Positions 51,801 through 61,857 of a stretch of 64,000 bases of DNA are shown here, one piece after another. This DNA comes from Candidatus Obscuribacterales bacterium (lineage in GTDB: Bacteria > Cyanobacteriota > Vampirovibrionia > Obscuribacterales > Obscuribacteraceae): the NCBI GenBank assembly GCA_965228855.1, contig CBDDIJ010000003.1, forward strand, positions 1,632,001-1,696,000. The letters run 5' to 3'. Every line of letters starts with the position of its first letter. Positions within the stretch are counted from its first letter, which is position 1. The translations under genes and the position numbers were made by a program. The notes under the pieces are model-generated. The model did not search any database. It saw only the letters and a list, made by a program, of their open reading frames with translations, and had not been told where the DNA came from.

Positions 51801-54800
51801 GACATTGTCACAGGATGCTGTCGCCACAAATATTCTAGCAATCAATACCTCCAGCCTGCTGGTAAGTGCTGGCACAAACCTGAAAGGCGGCTCAGTACAA
51901 GTTAACGGAGGTGTCGGCGATAATCTCGTAGTGGATAACAGAGGCAGCATTACCGCAACCGCCGGCGATATCATAGTCACAAGCACCCCCGGCGGAAGCA
52001 GCGGAGGGAACCTGACGCTGGGACAAGTAGGTGGTGGCGGCGGCGGTGGTACGATGACGGCCTCCGGAACAATCAGCTTGGTCGCTGCGACGTCCGGTTC
52101 GCTTGCAAACTCTATTCAATTTACCGACAACCAGACGTTCAATAGCACTATCAATCTGGTCGCATCGGGTGCAAATCAATCAATAAATGTGAATTCAGGC
52201 GTTTCAGTAAGTGGGAGTTCGTACGTTTTCGTATCGTCACCACTGCTGGTGCAAAACGGTTCCTTAACGGGTAGCCCTCTAATTCTGACTCCGGGAATGA
52301 CCTATGCTAATTCTACTGGCGCCGATCTCGACATTTCTTCTCTCAATCTCTCGTTTAATACAGATCTAGCTATTATTTCGGCGGGAAAGATTACCGATGG
52401 CGGAATTAACCTCACAATCGATCTAAGCAATGCTTCTGGCGCTGGAGGCTCGCTTACTCTCATTTCAGGATTCCCATTCACTCCCAACACTGTCGGCACC
52501 GAGGGACCCGATAACATCGACAGAACAATCGTTTCTGGTTTTGGAATTGGCGGCATTTTGTTGGGACATACCAACATCATAACAAGCGGTTCCACAACTG
52601 GAGGAAATGTATTTGCGGTTTCAAAAAGTGGAACCGTCCAACTCGGTTCTGTAACCACCAGCGGTGGCACGGGGAGCAGTGGAAGTGTCAGTATCCTCGG
52701 TGGAAGCATTACAGTAACTGGCCTAATAGATACGTCCAACGTTGTTGCCGCCAATTCAGGAGATGTGCATTTATTTTCCGGAATAGCCACTGCCGTCGGA
52801 GAAGTCCATATTTTGAACGGTGTCGTATCCAGCGGCTCGTTTCAAGGCTCCGTTCCGCAGAATATAATTTCATTGTCCGGCGTAAATGCAGGACAGGGAG
52901 ATATAAGAATTGATGGCGGGCAGTTTTCGTCATCTGGCGTTTTGTCGTCAGCCTCATTGACGATCAATGCCGGACCGATAGGAACAAGCCTGGCACCTCT
53001 TCAGACGGCAACAGCGAAGTTGCAGTTCACTTCGTACGGAAGCGATGTTTTCATTAACAACTCCGGTGCATTGACTCTCGATGCGTCACTTGGTCGGCAA
53101 GTGGTTATAACAAATGATAGTGTCGTAAGCACTAATGGTAGTACAACCGCTCAAATGAGCCTGACTCTAAATTTACCTTCGCTCTCGGTATCCGCACCCG
53201 ACACCCTGACGGGAGCATCGGTATCCATAAATGGACTGGTGGGCGGCAATCTAAACTTGCAAAACGCAGGAATAATCAAAGCCACCTCCGGAAATTTCAA
53301 CATCGTAAGCACACCAACATCCGGTACGGGCGGGAGCATTCTGATTGGCGGCAGTGGCAACTTAAGTGTCACTGGGGGCGTCATGAATGTGACAGCCGTG
53401 GAGTCAGGAACGACTGCTAACACCATTGAATTCAACGGCAATCAAACCTTCACCGGCACGACTAACATAATTGCCAATGGCACAAATCAGTCTGTCATAG
53501 TTGATACCGGGGTCACTATTACCGGGCAAAACGGCTTCTACATCGATAGTCCATCGGTGGTCATAAATGGCACTTTGACCGGAAATCCTCTCGATGTCAA
53601 TGCTGGCGTCACAATTGCCAATTCGAGCGGATCAGCTATAGATATTTCTACGTTAGGCTCACTCGTGATGTCGAAGAATCTAGCAATCCTTTCGGCTGGC
53701 AGCATTACCGATGGTGGCAATGCCGTCACGATTGACTTAAGCAGTAGCACAGGCGATGCGGGCTCATTGACGCTTCTTGCGGGATTCAACTTCACACCCT
53801 CCACAGGAGGAATGACAGTAGGTCCAGATCATATAGATCGAACATTGCTATTCCCGCTCGGCACAGGTTCAATAGACCTGGGCAACACGACGATTGTAAC
53901 TTCCGGTGCTGGTAAGGGCGGTAGTGTGTCTGCCTATGCAACGGGCTCAATACTGCTCGGCAGCATTGATACTAGCGGCGGCAGTGGCGACAGCGGAACG
54001 GTCAGACTCAATGCAACCGGAATAACTGTTAATGGCTTGATTGACACCACTAGTTCAGCTTCGGGCGCTTCAGGATCCGTCGCCGTGGCGTCGGGCTCCC
54101 TCTCTGCATTCGGACCAGTGCACGTCTTAAATGGAAGAATTACAAGCGGTTCCATTACATTGAACACCGCTAACGGTAATATTAACCTTGCGGGCATAAA
54201 TGCCGGCGATCGTAACGTCTCCCTGCGCACAGGTGGCACAGGATCAATAAACTCTACTGGTACCGTTGCTGGTGCACTTCTTACTCTAAACGCCGGCACA
54301 GGATCGATTGTTTTACCGACCGCGGTGTCGAGATTTACGTCAACTACGACCGGAGATATAACCCTGAATAACCAGGGAGCTCTGACTATTGATGAGTCGA
54401 CCGGTCGTGATTTTAATTTGACCAGTGACACAGGCATCCAAGCCGGATCCGGAATCTTCCCAATCCTGGCTACAGGAGCCATTACGTTAAATACGCCAGC
54501 CCTCACAATGGGTCCTTCCAGCACCAAATCCATTCAAGGCGCTACTATCGCGGTGAATGGTCCTTTGGGCTCCGACCTCACAGTAGACCTGCTGGTAAGC
54601 GGTGGTTTACGGGCAAACTCCGGAAGTTTGACCTTAACAAGCACACCCAACGCAGGTGCCGGCGGTAACATATTCATTGGTGGAACCGGGCAGATATCTT
54701 CTCAGACCGGTACATTCGTCAACGCAGTCACCTCCGGCTCGCTAGATAACAAGATCGAGTTTACCGGAAGCGTAACTTTCGTAAGCACTGTCGAACTGAA

Positions 54801-57800
54801 CGCCAGCGGTATAAACCAGTCAGTGGTAGTAGATCCAGGCGTCCACGCAAGAGGTTTTTCTTCGGTCATTGTCAACTCCCCTATGCTGCTTTTAAATGGC
54901 GGCGGAACGCTGACGGGCAATCCACTGGTGTTCAACCCAATTGGTACAATCGCAAACTCTACAGGACCGCTGGATTTATCGACGTTGGGTCCTATCGTCT
55001 ATAACGGACGGAGTCTAGCAGTGCTATCGGCCGGAGACATAACGGATGGCAACAACACTTTAACCATTGACCTTTCAAACTCCTCCGGCGTGGGCGGCAC
55101 TCTGACTTTAGTGGCGGGTTTTGATTTCACTCCTGGCACATCCGGCACCACATTCCCGCCGGACGGAACTGACTACACGATTCTCTCCACAGGTAGCGGT
55201 TCCATCAACCTTGGAGACACCACAGTCAATACTTCGGGCAGTTCCATGGGTGGAGACGTGTTCGCCTTCGCCAATGGTTCAATCACGCTGGGATCTATAA
55301 CCACCACGGGCGGTACCAGTCTCAGCGGGCAAGTCAATGTAATTGGAAATGGAATTACCGTTACTGGACTTATTGACACGTCCAATGCAAATCCTTCAAA
55401 CAGCGGCAAAGTTCAGCTATATTCCGGGACGCCCGGGAAAAGTCCAAACGTTCACGTCCAGAATGGAGCGATTCGCAATGGACAGTTTTTCGCTAACGCG
55501 ACGCAAAGTGGTGTAGCACTTGCAGGAATCAAAGCAGGCACAGCACCAGTTTCGATTGCGGCAGGTGGAAGTGGCACAATAACTTCATCGGCACCCATTG
55601 AAGCTGGACTCCTTACCCTTTCTGCTTCGACCGGAGCGATCGGTACTTCATCTTCTTTACTCCCAACCGCGGCGAGTTCAATAAGGTTTTCATCTAACGG
55701 CGATGTAAACATTGGAAGCGAGAGCGCTCTGATAATTAGCGAAGCAAACACCGGAAACAACATAAATTTGGCCAGCGGAGAGTCTGTTAGCTTTGTACCG
55801 TCTATGTTTTCTGCAAGCGCGACTGCGAGCGGCACACTTTCAATTACATCGCCCGTGGTGAACATCGGCATTTTCGACGTCGTTGGAAATTCAGTATCTA
55901 TCACCGGACCTACCGGTTCTGACTTGCTCATCAACAATCAGGGCGGAATCACAGCCTCGAACGGTAATATCAATATTTTGAGTACGCCGAGTGGCGGAGT
56001 AGGGGGTAATCTTGATATTACTGGTGGTGGCTCAATGCGTGCGCAAAGCGGCACGATCAGTTTGTTAGCAGAAAACGTCGATAATCCAAGTACTGCAATC
56101 ACGTTCACTGGTAATCAGGACTTCTTCGGAGTTACCAATTTTATCGCTAACGGCGATAATCAATCCGTCGTTGTAAACACTGGGGTCACTGTAAGAGGTT
56201 TCAATAAACTTACCGTTAATACAAAGTTATTGATTCAAAACGGCACACTTACTGGGATGCCACTTGTTTTGACTACCGGTATGACTTACGCAAATTCGAC
56301 AGGAAACCCACTAGATATTTCGACCCTCGGTCCGCTCGTTGAAACCAACAATCTAGCAATCCTATCCGCCGGTGATATAACTGACGGCGGAAATTTAGTG
56401 ACTATCGATCTGAGCAATTCAAACGGAGGAGGAAGTTCGCTCGTCTTAATCGCCGGTTTCAATTTCACACCTGACAGCGGCGGAATCACGCAGGGACCGG
56501 ATCATATTGAACGCACTCTTACGACATCAGCAACTGGGAAAATAGATCTCGGTAATACGACAATCAATTCATCCGGCACCACATTTGGCGGCGACATACT
56601 CGCGGTAGCAAACGGCTCGGTGACGATTGGTTCCGTGATCGCCAATGGTGCATCCGGCGCGGCAGGCTCCATATCACTTATGGGAAGTGGAATAACAGTC
56701 AACAATCCGATCAGCAATGCAGGCTCGGCATCAGCCGGTGGAATCAGTCTTCTTTCAGGAACTGTATCTACAGTCGGGACCGTTCGCGTGGAGAATGGGA
56801 TCGTAACGACTGGTTCGTTCAGCTTAAGTTCGCAACAAGGAAACGTTTCTTTGTCCGGAATTAGCGCAAACGCTCAATCGGTAAATATTCAGGGTATGTC
56901 AGTTGCGTCTTCAGCAACTATCAATTCGCAACAGCTATCGATGACTATCGGCGCCGGGGGCATCGGCTCGTCACTGGTTCCTCTTTCGACATCGGTTTCA
57001 AGTCTTAGTTTCAATTCAGCAGGCAGCGTCAACGTAAGCAATAATGGTGCGCTGATGCTTATAGCTGCATCCGGCACCGACATTTCTTTGACAAACAGTG
57101 GCGTGCTAACCGGCACTGGAGCGATACAAGCGAGTTCGTCACTCACGTTCAATGTTCCTCAAATTACAATGACCGGTGCAGGTTCTCTCGCGGGTACCGA
57201 GGTTACGGTCAACGGACTGACTGGACAGCCGTTGGTAGTAAACAATTCGGGAAGCATCACCGGTAACACCATCGTCATAAATGGGACAGACGGTAATGAC
57301 CTCTCGGTTTCGAACTCCGGAACTATCTCCGGAGGCTCGATAGAGATCGCCGGTGGCATAGGAAGCAACGTAATCATCAATAATTCGAATCTGATAATTG
57401 CAACTGCATCCAACATATCAATCGTGAGCACCTCTGACACATTGACCGACGTAGACCTGAATATTTCTGGCGGAGGTTCAATGAGCGCCACATCTGGGTC
57501 TGTCAACATAACAGCAACCGAGGTCGGTTCGCGCGCCAACACAATTACTTTCTCTGGAGACCAGACTTTTAATGGGCTGACCTTGTTGAATGCAACTGGC
57601 GCAAATCAATCTATTTCGATAAATGGTGCTCATGTAACCGGAAACGATGAAGTTGACATTAATAGTCCGGTGTTAATGCTCAACGGAGGCGGCACCATTA
57701 GCGGCAATCCGTTAGTCATCAATCCGGGCGGAACCATCGCAAACTCAAGCGGTCCACTTGACCTGTCGACATTCGGCTCTCTGACATTTACCGGACTGAG

Positions 57801-60800
57801 GTTGGCGATCCTATCGGCGGGTGACATTACTGATAGCGGTAATACAGTCGTAATTGATCTGAGCAGCAGCATAGGAGATGGCGGCGCACTCACCCTGATC
57901 GCAGGTTATAACTTCACCCCCGCCACTCTTGGAACAGTGGGTCCAAGCGAGCAGGAGTACACGATCACTGCTGCTGGCTCAGGCTCAATAAATTTGTCAC
58001 ATACAAGCATCAACACCACAGGCACCTCTGATGGTGGCAACGTGTTCGCGGTAGCAACCGGCTCAATCGCTCTTGGTTCTATTACCACGACTGGACAAGC
58101 CGGCACCAGCGGTGATGTTACCCTGACAGGCAATGGAATAACTTTGACCGGGTTAATAGATACTTCGAATTCAAGTTCCATTGACTCAGGCGCTGTTAAC
58201 GTCTTCTCCGGTTCTGCAAAGATCAATGGAAGCGTTCATATCGCAAATGGAGCCATCGTAACGGGTTCTATCACATCCGATGTCCCGCTTTCAGGAATAA
58301 GCCTGAATGGAGTTAATGCCGGCGCCTCATCCGTTACCTTAACGGGCGGTGGAGCAGGTGCCATCTCTTCGTCTGCCAGTATCAACTCGCAGACGCTGAG
58401 TATGACCTCTGGAACAGGCGGAATCGGCTCATCCTCAAGTCACATATTCACCAGCGCCTCGCTCCTGAGTGCTAACGCCGGAAGCGGCGATGTGTTTGTT
58501 GATACCGTTGGCGGTGTGTCGTTGGAAAGCATAAATTCCGGTTCCAGCTTTAATCTTGTGAGCGGTGGTCCAATCAATATAGTTACAAACCCAACGGCTT
58601 CAGCGCTATCTTTAATTTCAACGGGAGCGATTACATTTGCCTCGAGTGGCTTGTCTGTGACCCCAACTGCCGGCGGAACCGGCGGTTCCATTGACCTTAA
58701 AGCGACTATCGTGGATTGGACCGACAGTGCAACAACCGCGTTTACTCTAAATGCTGATGCGGAGGGCTCAGGCGATGGCGGACTTATCGCTGTGACTCTA
58801 ACAGCTGCCTCACCAGCGTCAATTGGTACGTCATCGGGTCAATTTTTGCTCCAGGCCTCGGGGGGATCGAAAAACAGCGCTGATGGCGCGGGTGGCAAGG
58901 TCGTTTTCAAAACCGGAGGCGATCTTACTGTCGATCCGAGTGGTATCGCCATTGGAGCGCGTGGGAAGAAGGGCGACGGAGGCACCATCGACCTGACCGC
59001 AGGGGACGGGACGGCATCAGGCAATCTTCTAGTTACCGGAGATCTAAATGCAGACGGAACGGGGTCCGCAAGCCTCGGCGGAAATATCTCTTTAACTTCA
59101 GACAGCGCCGATGCCTTCACTGTCTTATCAAAGTCAGGGAGCACGCAAAATGGCATAATCGGCAAACTCAGCGTTAAGGGCAAGGAAACCGACGGCAAAC
59201 TATCTCTGAACAACTTGAGCGGTGACGTCTCGACCACTGTCAGCCTGACACAGGTATCAGATCTTCAGATTCGTGCGGGCGGTGCGGGCTCCATAACAAT
59301 TGGTGCCAAGCTCGGAGACAAGAGCACATCTAACGTTTCTCTGACTGCCTCAGGTACCGGAGACATTTTGTCTGTAGCCCGGAGAACAACGGTAACGACC
59401 AACAGTCTCGTTCTTGCAAGCGCTCAAGGCTCTATCGGTCAGCAGCTTGACGCTATCCAAACGAGCGCCGCCACACTCGATGCAACTGCAAGTAATGGCT
59501 CTGTGAATGTGAAGAATTCGTCGAAATCTATACGCGTATCGGGCGAAGCAGACTCATCTTTCGCTCTGGATTCTGCCGGCAGCATTCTAGTGATGGGAGG
59601 CGGCATCGACGCTTCCGATATCGAGCTCACAAGCAAGTCCTCGATAGTTTCTCTGGACAACACAAGCGTATTGCAAGGGGCAAGAGTGGATTTGGAGGCA
59701 GGCGCCGATGGAATCGGGTCGGAGCTTCAGCCTGTTATTGTGAATACGTCAATTCTGTCCGCAAGTTCAAAAGGCAGCATTTTTATCGATAACGTTGGTC
59801 CATCAAGTCTGAGCGTAGAAGACATCACAACCTCGAAATCAATAACCCTAAAATCTACCAGCGACGTCAATATTAATGGAACGATTGGCGGCTCGAAGGC
59901 AGCGGTAGCAATCGACACATCAGGTTCTGGAAACATCATTCAAGGCAACAGCACAGGTCTAATTACCGGTAAGGATGTGACCCTCAGCACCGTCTCCGGT
60001 GACATAGGTTCCTTAAGTTTTCCACTTAAGGTTAATGCCGGCTACCTCGCGGTCACTTCAGGAGGAAAAGCATTCGTTGATAACATCAACGAAAAGTCTT
60101 CAACTATCGCAGATTCGACTGCTTTAGATTTAAACTTCACAACTAATGCGTCAACTACCATTAAAAACCTCACCGCTACTGATGGTGGTATCACGGTGAC
60201 AATAGCAAGCGGAAAGCTTCTTACTCAGGATAGATCGGTGCTAGTTGCGACGAACAGCTCTGGTGGGAACGGCGCTATCACGCTTCAGAACAACGACATC
60301 AAGGCTGGAACAATCACGATCGGAGAAGGAACCAGCATAGCTACAGGTGGCACTATCGGCGGTGACGTGATTCTCAGTATTGGGAATCCTGTAAACGAAA
60401 TCGGTTCCAATCCCAATTCCTCATTGGTGCAGGTCAACAACATTAGCGGTGGCACGGTATTCTTCGGAGCCAAGGGTTTCACGGCAGCAGCACCTTTGAA
60501 CATTTTAAATCTCAAAAACGCCGACATAATATTTAGCACCGATCCAGCCGCGTCAAAGTTATCCGCTAAGTCGATAAGACTGAACGGTGACGTCGAAATC
60601 ACTGCAGACCCGTCACCGCCTGGTTCCTCTCTGATGATAGGATCCGCGATTTCAACAGTTGCGGATTCTCCGGCTCGCATTCCAACTCAGAGGCATCTGA
60701 CAACTGTTGAAAACACGACCCGTAAATCAACACCTCTACAGACTTCTGAGAAATCTGTAGAGAGCACTCAACCACTATCAGATTTTGCCACCTTGAATGA

Positions 60801-61530
60801 CGCTCGCCTGATTCCACCAATTTGCCAGCTCTCCGCGAAGACTCAGGAAATCTATTCAGACCAATGGATATCGGAGACAGAATTGGCGACCGGTATGATA
60901 CCAGTCGCAGTGCTTTCGGATGACGATTGTGGTATCGACACGGCAGTCGACAATAGATGTGAGTTCCATGATCAGGGTTTCTCCACGACAAACAATGAGC
61001 CCGGGTCGAGGACCAACGCGAGATTGATTAAAGGCTCCATGATTGTTATGCCTTCAATTGATAAGACCGTGGCAACAAGTTTCGGAAGGGTTGAGATTGG
61101 TCGCAACTCGGTTGTTCTGCTGATTGCACTTAAAGACAGTCTTTCTGTATACAATCTCGATGACACTCGAAACGGCGCGGTACGCATACACGTGGGAAAC
61201 AGAAGGTTGAGCCTGCGCCCTGGGCAACACGTGTGTGTTGCGACGCATGCAGTGAACGGGTTCGAAGCAGTCAATCCAACTCAACTATTCGGATTCGGTG
61301 AGGTGTCGGAACATCCCCTGGATGACAGAACTAAATTGTTCACCTCAGAATTTTCGATTCCACAGGCGATTCGTTCTGTACCGTATCTGAAATTACTTGT
61401 GTCCAATTCGAACCCTCGCGCGAGGAAGGTAGCGAACCATCTACTAAAAACGGCTGCAGTCATTCTTCAAATCAAAGGCGACAACTACCGACAGATTCTC
61501 AAGCCGTCCCGTTTGGCATGGAGACAGTAG
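48871..61530 (+). CDS. Giant Gly/Ser/Thr-rich beta-helical adhesin/filamentous haemagglutinin-like repeat protein (4219 aa; start uncertain)
   Basis: 12.6-kb open frame; GGxVxI/L-type beta-helix motifs, a polyglycine segment and five long internal repeats. Confidence 0.8.
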   Translation: MQAGIQGEAVLKIQYDRRNARSTSALIASASFATLSGAMFSPAAAADRIPDLNRTDRHDRALLRHTLNRDNRESRAREIPIPGIQNLAATLPVSRAAERGHRLNLSNELRGRLQLDLGSNRSAIRLTDNLLEDSSITITVGEQTQTLSAGSRVTAGEFVAVKQVIEGGNQTINLDNSGTAVSGFFSLDSLGTGKVSRLVIPQGVTGIDDVSSNGGLRVAGNIFNSGSIYAVSSDPGNKSADISAKNIINRSTGVITTEVPVGVNELNSSNVSDLSLSLNSSKHVLNRGLITSANDLTISAGGSISNIGSAEASSTIGQLNAAHDLNLVIGQGTLNNSGRITSSESRINISSKASDSDIIINSLGGTFSALNGEINVRNSSFNGSKNIALLGGDYLAKDLNLNSGSGKIFGYTGEITGRVNSIASEEHLYANSKTLVLGNNCITGDPTFVNSGGDIVINGINTFGENTAIIASENILDDGLGSGAQLINHGFNLTLIAGADITVQGTGGGDNSNAINLNTASKLLGAQQVIVDFSNGAGGNIDLSSSSISQVIDTSGTVGKGGDVTLVANANGNQGGKVLLNTASVINTSGAGTGAGGNVTILAGADPSAFSTTIQLGSIATAPGSTPQSGVQFGNAGSVLIATSAAQNTSAGSSVTFDTQGTIVAGGGITSTGVLSDRARVLIGGDISTAPSGMGSGAIPNGVAGANAGAISISAGDDLAVEGTKGLLSFGQGGLGGFSGSNGRGGDGGDGAPITLFSKNGSIDIAADINTSGGGGGGGAGGGNGASISGEPGGAGGTAGLITVQAQSGAINIGGSVFAADGGRGGAGGNGAASNGGGGGGGGSYGGGGGGASDGNGNGGGGGSGYFGGGGGGSSSIAGGGGGSDLIATGAGSAGGGTAGSGSAGIGGTANGGALGGASIGLGGQGAAAGGGIKDGASGSDASLTAGGADVSLSGNSLTLNGRLIGKNLTIESGTNLTLSQDAVATNILAINTSSLLVSAGTNLKGGSVQVNGGVGDNLVVDNRGSITATAGDIIVTSTPGGSSGGNLTLGQVGGGGGGGTMTASGTISLVAATSGSLANSIQFTDNQTFNSTINLVASGANQSINVNSGVSVSGSSYVFVSSPLLVQNGSLTGSPLILTPGMTYANSTGADLDISSLNLSFNTDLAIISAGKITDGGINLTIDLSNASGAGGSLTLISGFPFTPNTVGTEGPDNIDRTIVSGFGIGGILLGHTNIITSGSTTGGNVFAVSKSGTVQLGSVTTSGGTGSSGSVSILGGSITVTGLIDTSNVVAANSGDVHLFSGIATAVGEVHILNGVVSSGSFQGSVPQNIISLSGVNAGQGDIRIDGGQFSSSGVLSSASLTINAGPIGTSLAPLQTATAKLQFTSYGSDVFINNSGALTLDASLGRQVVITNDSVVSTNGSTTAQMSLTLNLPSLSVSAPDTLTGASVSINGLVGGNLNLQNAGIIKATSGNFNIVSTPTSGTGGSILIGGSGNLSVTGGVMNVTAVESGTTANTIEFNGNQTFTGTTNIIANGTNQSVIVDTGVTITGQNGFYIDSPSVVINGTLTGNPLDVNAGVTIANSSGSAIDISTLGSLVMSKNLAILSAGSITDGGNAVTIDLSSSTGDAGSLTLLAGFNFTPSTGGMTVGPDHIDRTLLFPLGTGSIDLGNTTIVTSGAGKGGSVSAYATGSILLGSIDTSGGSGDSGTVRLNATGITVNGLIDTTSSASGASGSVAVASGSLSAFGPVHVLNGRITSGSITLNTANGNINLAGINAGDRNVSLRTGGTGSINSTGTVAGALLTLNAGTGSIVLPTAVSRFTSTTTGDITLNNQGALTIDESTGRDFNLTSDTGIQAGSGIFPILATGAITLNTPALTMGPSSTKSIQGATIAVNGPLGSDLTVDLLVSGGLRANSGSLTLTSTPNAGAGGNIFIGGTGQISSQTGTFVNAVTSGSLDNKIEFTGSVTFVSTVELNASGINQSVVVDPGVHARGFSSVIVNSPMLLLNGGGTLTGNPLVFNPIGTIANSTGPLDLSTLGPIVYNGRSLAVLSAGDITDGNNTLTIDLSNSSGVGGTLTLVAGFDFTPGTSGTTFPPDGTDYTILSTGSGSINLGDTTVNTSGSSMGGDVFAFANGSITLGSITTTGGTSLSGQVNVIGNGITVTGLIDTSNANPSNSGKVQLYSGTPGKSPNVHVQNGAIRNGQFFANATQSGVALAGIKAGTAPVSIAAGGSGTITSSAPIEAGLLTLSASTGAIGTSSSLLPTAASSIRFSSNGDVNIGSESALIISEANTGNNINLASGESVSFVPSMFSASATASGTLSITSPVVNIGIFDVVGNSVSITGPTGSDLLINNQGGITASNGNINILSTPSGGVGGNLDITGGGSMRAQSGTISLLAENVDNPSTAITFTGNQDFFGVTNFIANGDNQSVVVNTGVTVRGFNKLTVNTKLLIQNGTLTGMPLVLTTGMTYANSTGNPLDISTLGPLVETNNLAILSAGDITDGGNLVTIDLSNSNGGGSSLVLIAGFNFTPDSGGITQGPDHIERTLTTSATGKIDLGNTTINSSGTTFGGDILAVANGSVTIGSVIANGASGAAGSISLMGSGITVNNPISNAGSASAGGISLLSGTVSTVGTVRVENGIVTTGSFSLSSQQGNVSLSGISANAQSVNIQGMSVASSATINSQQLSMTIGAGGIGSSLVPLSTSVSSLSFNSAGSVNVSNNGALMLIAASGTDISLTNSGVLTGTGAIQASSSLTFNVPQITMTGAGSLAGTEVTVNGLTGQPLVVNNSGSITGNTIVINGTDGNDLSVSNSGTISGGSIEIAGGIGSNVIINNSNLIIATASNISIVSTSDTLTDVDLNISGGGSMSATSGSVNITATEVGSRANTITFSGDQTFNGLTLLNATGANQSISINGAHVTGNDEVDINSPVLMLNGGGTISGNPLVINPGGTIANSSGPLDLSTFGSLTFTGLRLAILSAGDITDSGNTVVIDLSSSIGDGGALTLIAGYNFTPATLGTVGPSEQEYTITAAGSGSINLSHTSINTTGTSDGGNVFAVATGSIALGSITTTGQAGTSGDVTLTGNGITLTGLIDTSNSSSIDSGAVNVFSGSAKINGSVHIANGAIVTGSITSDVPLSGISLNGVNAGASSVTLTGGGAGAISSSASINSQTLSMTSGTGGIGSSSSHIFTSASLLSANAGSGDVFVDTVGGVSLESINSGSSFNLVSGGPINIVTNPTASALSLISTGAITFASSGLSVTPTAGGTGGSIDLKATIVDWTDSATTAFTLNADAEGSGDGGLIAVTLTAASPASIGTSSGQFLLQASGGSKNSADGAGGKVVFKTGGDLTVDPSGIAIGARGKKGDGGTIDLTAGDGTASGNLLVTGDLNADGTGSASLGGNISLTSDSADAFTVLSKSGSTQNGIIGKLSVKGKETDGKLSLNNLSGDVSTTVSLTQVSDLQIRAGGAGSITIGAKLGDKSTSNVSLTASGTGDILSVARRTTVTTNSLVLASAQGSIGQQLDAIQTSAATLDATASNGSVNVKNSSKSIRVSGEADSSFALDSAGSILVMGGGIDASDIELTSKSSIVSLDNTSVLQGARVDLEAGADGIGSELQPVIVNTSILSASSKGSIFIDNVGPSSLSVEDITTSKSITLKSTSDVNINGTIGGSKAAVAIDTSGSGNIIQGNSTGLITGKDVTLSTVSGDIGSLSFPLKVNAGYLAVTSGGKAFVDNINEKSSTIADSTALDLNFTTNASTTIKNLTATDGGITVTIASGKLLTQDRSVLVATNSSGGNGAITLQNNDIKAGTITIGEGTSIATGGTIGGDVILSIGNPVNEIGSNPNSSLVQVNNISGGTVFFGAKGFTAAAPLNILNLKNADIIFSTDPAASKLSAKSIRLNGDVEITADPSPPGSSLMIGSAISTVADSPARIPTQRHLTTVENTTRKSTPLQTSEKSVESTQPLSDFATLNDARLIPPICQLSAKTQEIYSDQWISETELATGMIPVAVLSDDDCGIDTAVDNRCEFHDQGFSTTNNEPGSRTNARLIKGSMIVMPSIDKTVATSFGRVEIGRNSVVLLIALKDSLSVYNLDDTRNGAVRIHVGNRRLSLRPGQHVCVATHAVNGFEAVNPTQLFGFGEVSEHPLDDRTKLFTSEFSIPQAIRSVPYLKLLVSNSNPRARKVANHLLKTAAVILQIKGDNYRQILKPSRLAWRQ

Positions 61531-61590
61531 CCCTAGTGAGAAGACACTACTCAGTCTAAATCAACTTATTTCTTTAGTTCAGCATCTGCG

Positions 61591-61857
61591 CTAGTGCTCT
61601 CTGAGCGCCGGCTCACCCGGCAGCTTCTGCCACTGCGACTGCTGATCTTGCGAGTAGTATTCCGAGACTTCGATGAATCTATCCGCAGCTCCAGTAGGGC
61701 ATTCTTCGATGCATTTGTTGCAGCCGTCGCAGATTTCTGCGTCGATGCAGTATCGACCGAAGAATGCCTTTATAGCTTTGACCGGGCAAGCCATTTCGCA
61801 CGCCGAGCACTGAATACAAAGCTCGGGATCAGTTACATGCTGCAGCAGTTTGCGCAT
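61591..61857 (-). CDS. 2x[4Fe-4S] ferredoxin resembling the N-terminal domain of benzoyl-CoA oxygenase BoxA
   Basis: QHVTDPELCIQCSACEMACP and CDGCNKCIEECPTG. Confidence 0.85.
   Translation of the reverse strand: MRKLLQHVTDPELCIQCSACEMACPVKAIKAFFGRYCIDAEICDGCNKCIEECPTGAADRFIEVSEYYSQDQQSQWQKLPGEPALREH

Noticed and set aside
49122..61463. Numerous minus-strand ORFs inside the giant gene, and similar shadow ORFs elsewhere
   Set aside because: Antisense shadows expected from the codon bias of long Gly/Ser/Thr-rich genes; no motifs
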